Shown: positions 37,062-37,819 of the stretch, one piece after another
Position numbering within the stretch: the stretch's first letter is position 1
Layout of the letters: each line of letters starts with the position of its first letter
NCBI GenBank assembly: GCA_032718475.1
Contig: JAUCBJ010000072.1
Coordinates: forward strand, 1-37,819
Reading direction: 5' to 3'
DNA length: 37,819 nt
Source: Nemertoderma westbladi
Taxonomy: Eukaryota; Animalia; Xenacoelomorpha
Position numbers and translations under genes: made by a program
Notes under the pieces: model-generated
The model's database searches: none
Told to the model about the DNA's origin: nothing
What the model saw: only the letters and a program-made list of their open reading frames with translations

Positions 37062-37193
37062 CTTTTGAAGTATAACTTCCTTGCGAAGTATTTTTATCGC
37101 GAATATTTCGCCTGTCTCCTTTTCCTTGCAGAGAAGAACCTTTCCAAAGGTTCCTTTACCTAAAACTTTGATCATATCATAATCATCCAATTT
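37062..37193 (-). CDS. AKT: AKT exon: kinase Gly-rich loop and catalytic Lys
   Basis: ggtttag|...|gtaagg, 132 nt. [44 protein letters not shown]; LGKGTFGKV is typical of AKT. Confidence 0.97.
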
Positions 37194-37684
37194 CTAAACC
37201 AAAAAAAAAAAAAATATATATACTGTGTGGTGGGGAACTGTAACTGGAGATAAAACTGATAAACTTATTTTTCATGAAAATTCACCAAAAGAGGTTGTTT
37301 TGCATCTTGCAATCTTAAAATGACTTTATGTTGGTTAGAAAATGGAACAAATCGTAGTTGGCCTACCGGCACCGGTTCATGCTAAAATTATTGAACCGCT
37401 TTTTGAATTATTGCTCAATTTATCTGATATGTAAAAAGGCACTACCAACACTATAAAATACTGTTGAAAAGTATCAGCAACCAGTAAAACAACCCATACA
37501 TCACGCAACCAATGCAGGATATCATTGTGTAATATGTAGCAACAGACACCCCCCCCCCCCCCCCCCCCCCCTCCTGGCTAAACCACAAACATTTAATTTA
37601 ATTTTATTTTAGTTTTTCTGGAAACCACCCTTTTACGTGCGTGTTGTTCTGACGCTCCCCAGTATATTACTGTATAAGACAGAC

Positions 37685-37793
37685 CTTGGAGCAACCTCGC
37701 CTGCTCATCGATGCATACCATTGGCTTTGCGACTGCAGTTCGCTCGCTCTAACAGAAGCAGCAACTTCTTCAATTGCTTTCACCCAATCTTCT
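37685..37793 (-). CDS. AKT: AKT/PKB exon: C-terminal helix of PH domain plus linker (upstream exons lie outside the window)
   Basis: Acceptor tatttcag|A. Translates (R)EDWVKAIEEVAASVRASELQSQSQWYASMSRRGCSK, similar to AKT1 REEWTTAIQTVA. Donor AAG|gtctgt chosen because it is the phase-0 option required by the next exon. Confidence 0.8.
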
Positions 37794-37819
37794 CTGAAAT
37801 ATAATACCATAAGTATTAA

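Overview
AT-rich animal (probably marine invertebrate) genomic DNA. The backbone is a spliced AKT/PKB kinase gene on the minus strand that the ORF track misses. I reconstructed eight coding exons by hand from 37793 down to the stop at 9066, from the end of the PH domain to the hydrophobic motif. All exon phases are consistent and one intron is GC-AG. The introns are swollen by minisatellites, LINE fragments and MITE-like elements, and one contains a nested antisense intronless SLC18B1-like MFS transporter. The standout is the 5.2-kb 25-bp satellite (31431-36631). Its unit is the AKT exon end plus its own 5' splice site (GAATACTGTAACGGTGGCGAG|GTAG), so about 200 donor copies follow the real one, and use of any copy but the first reads into an in-frame stop. 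A second intronic satellite (20-bp unit, about 170 copies) reads on the AKT strand like tandem 3' splice sites. Downstream of AKT lie a 1.3-kb palindrome, a 56-bp perfect palindrome with the same core, a foldback-like element, a TTAA-flanked MITE and a probable first exon of another gene (TMEM214-like). Most long ORFs in the track are satellite artefacts.
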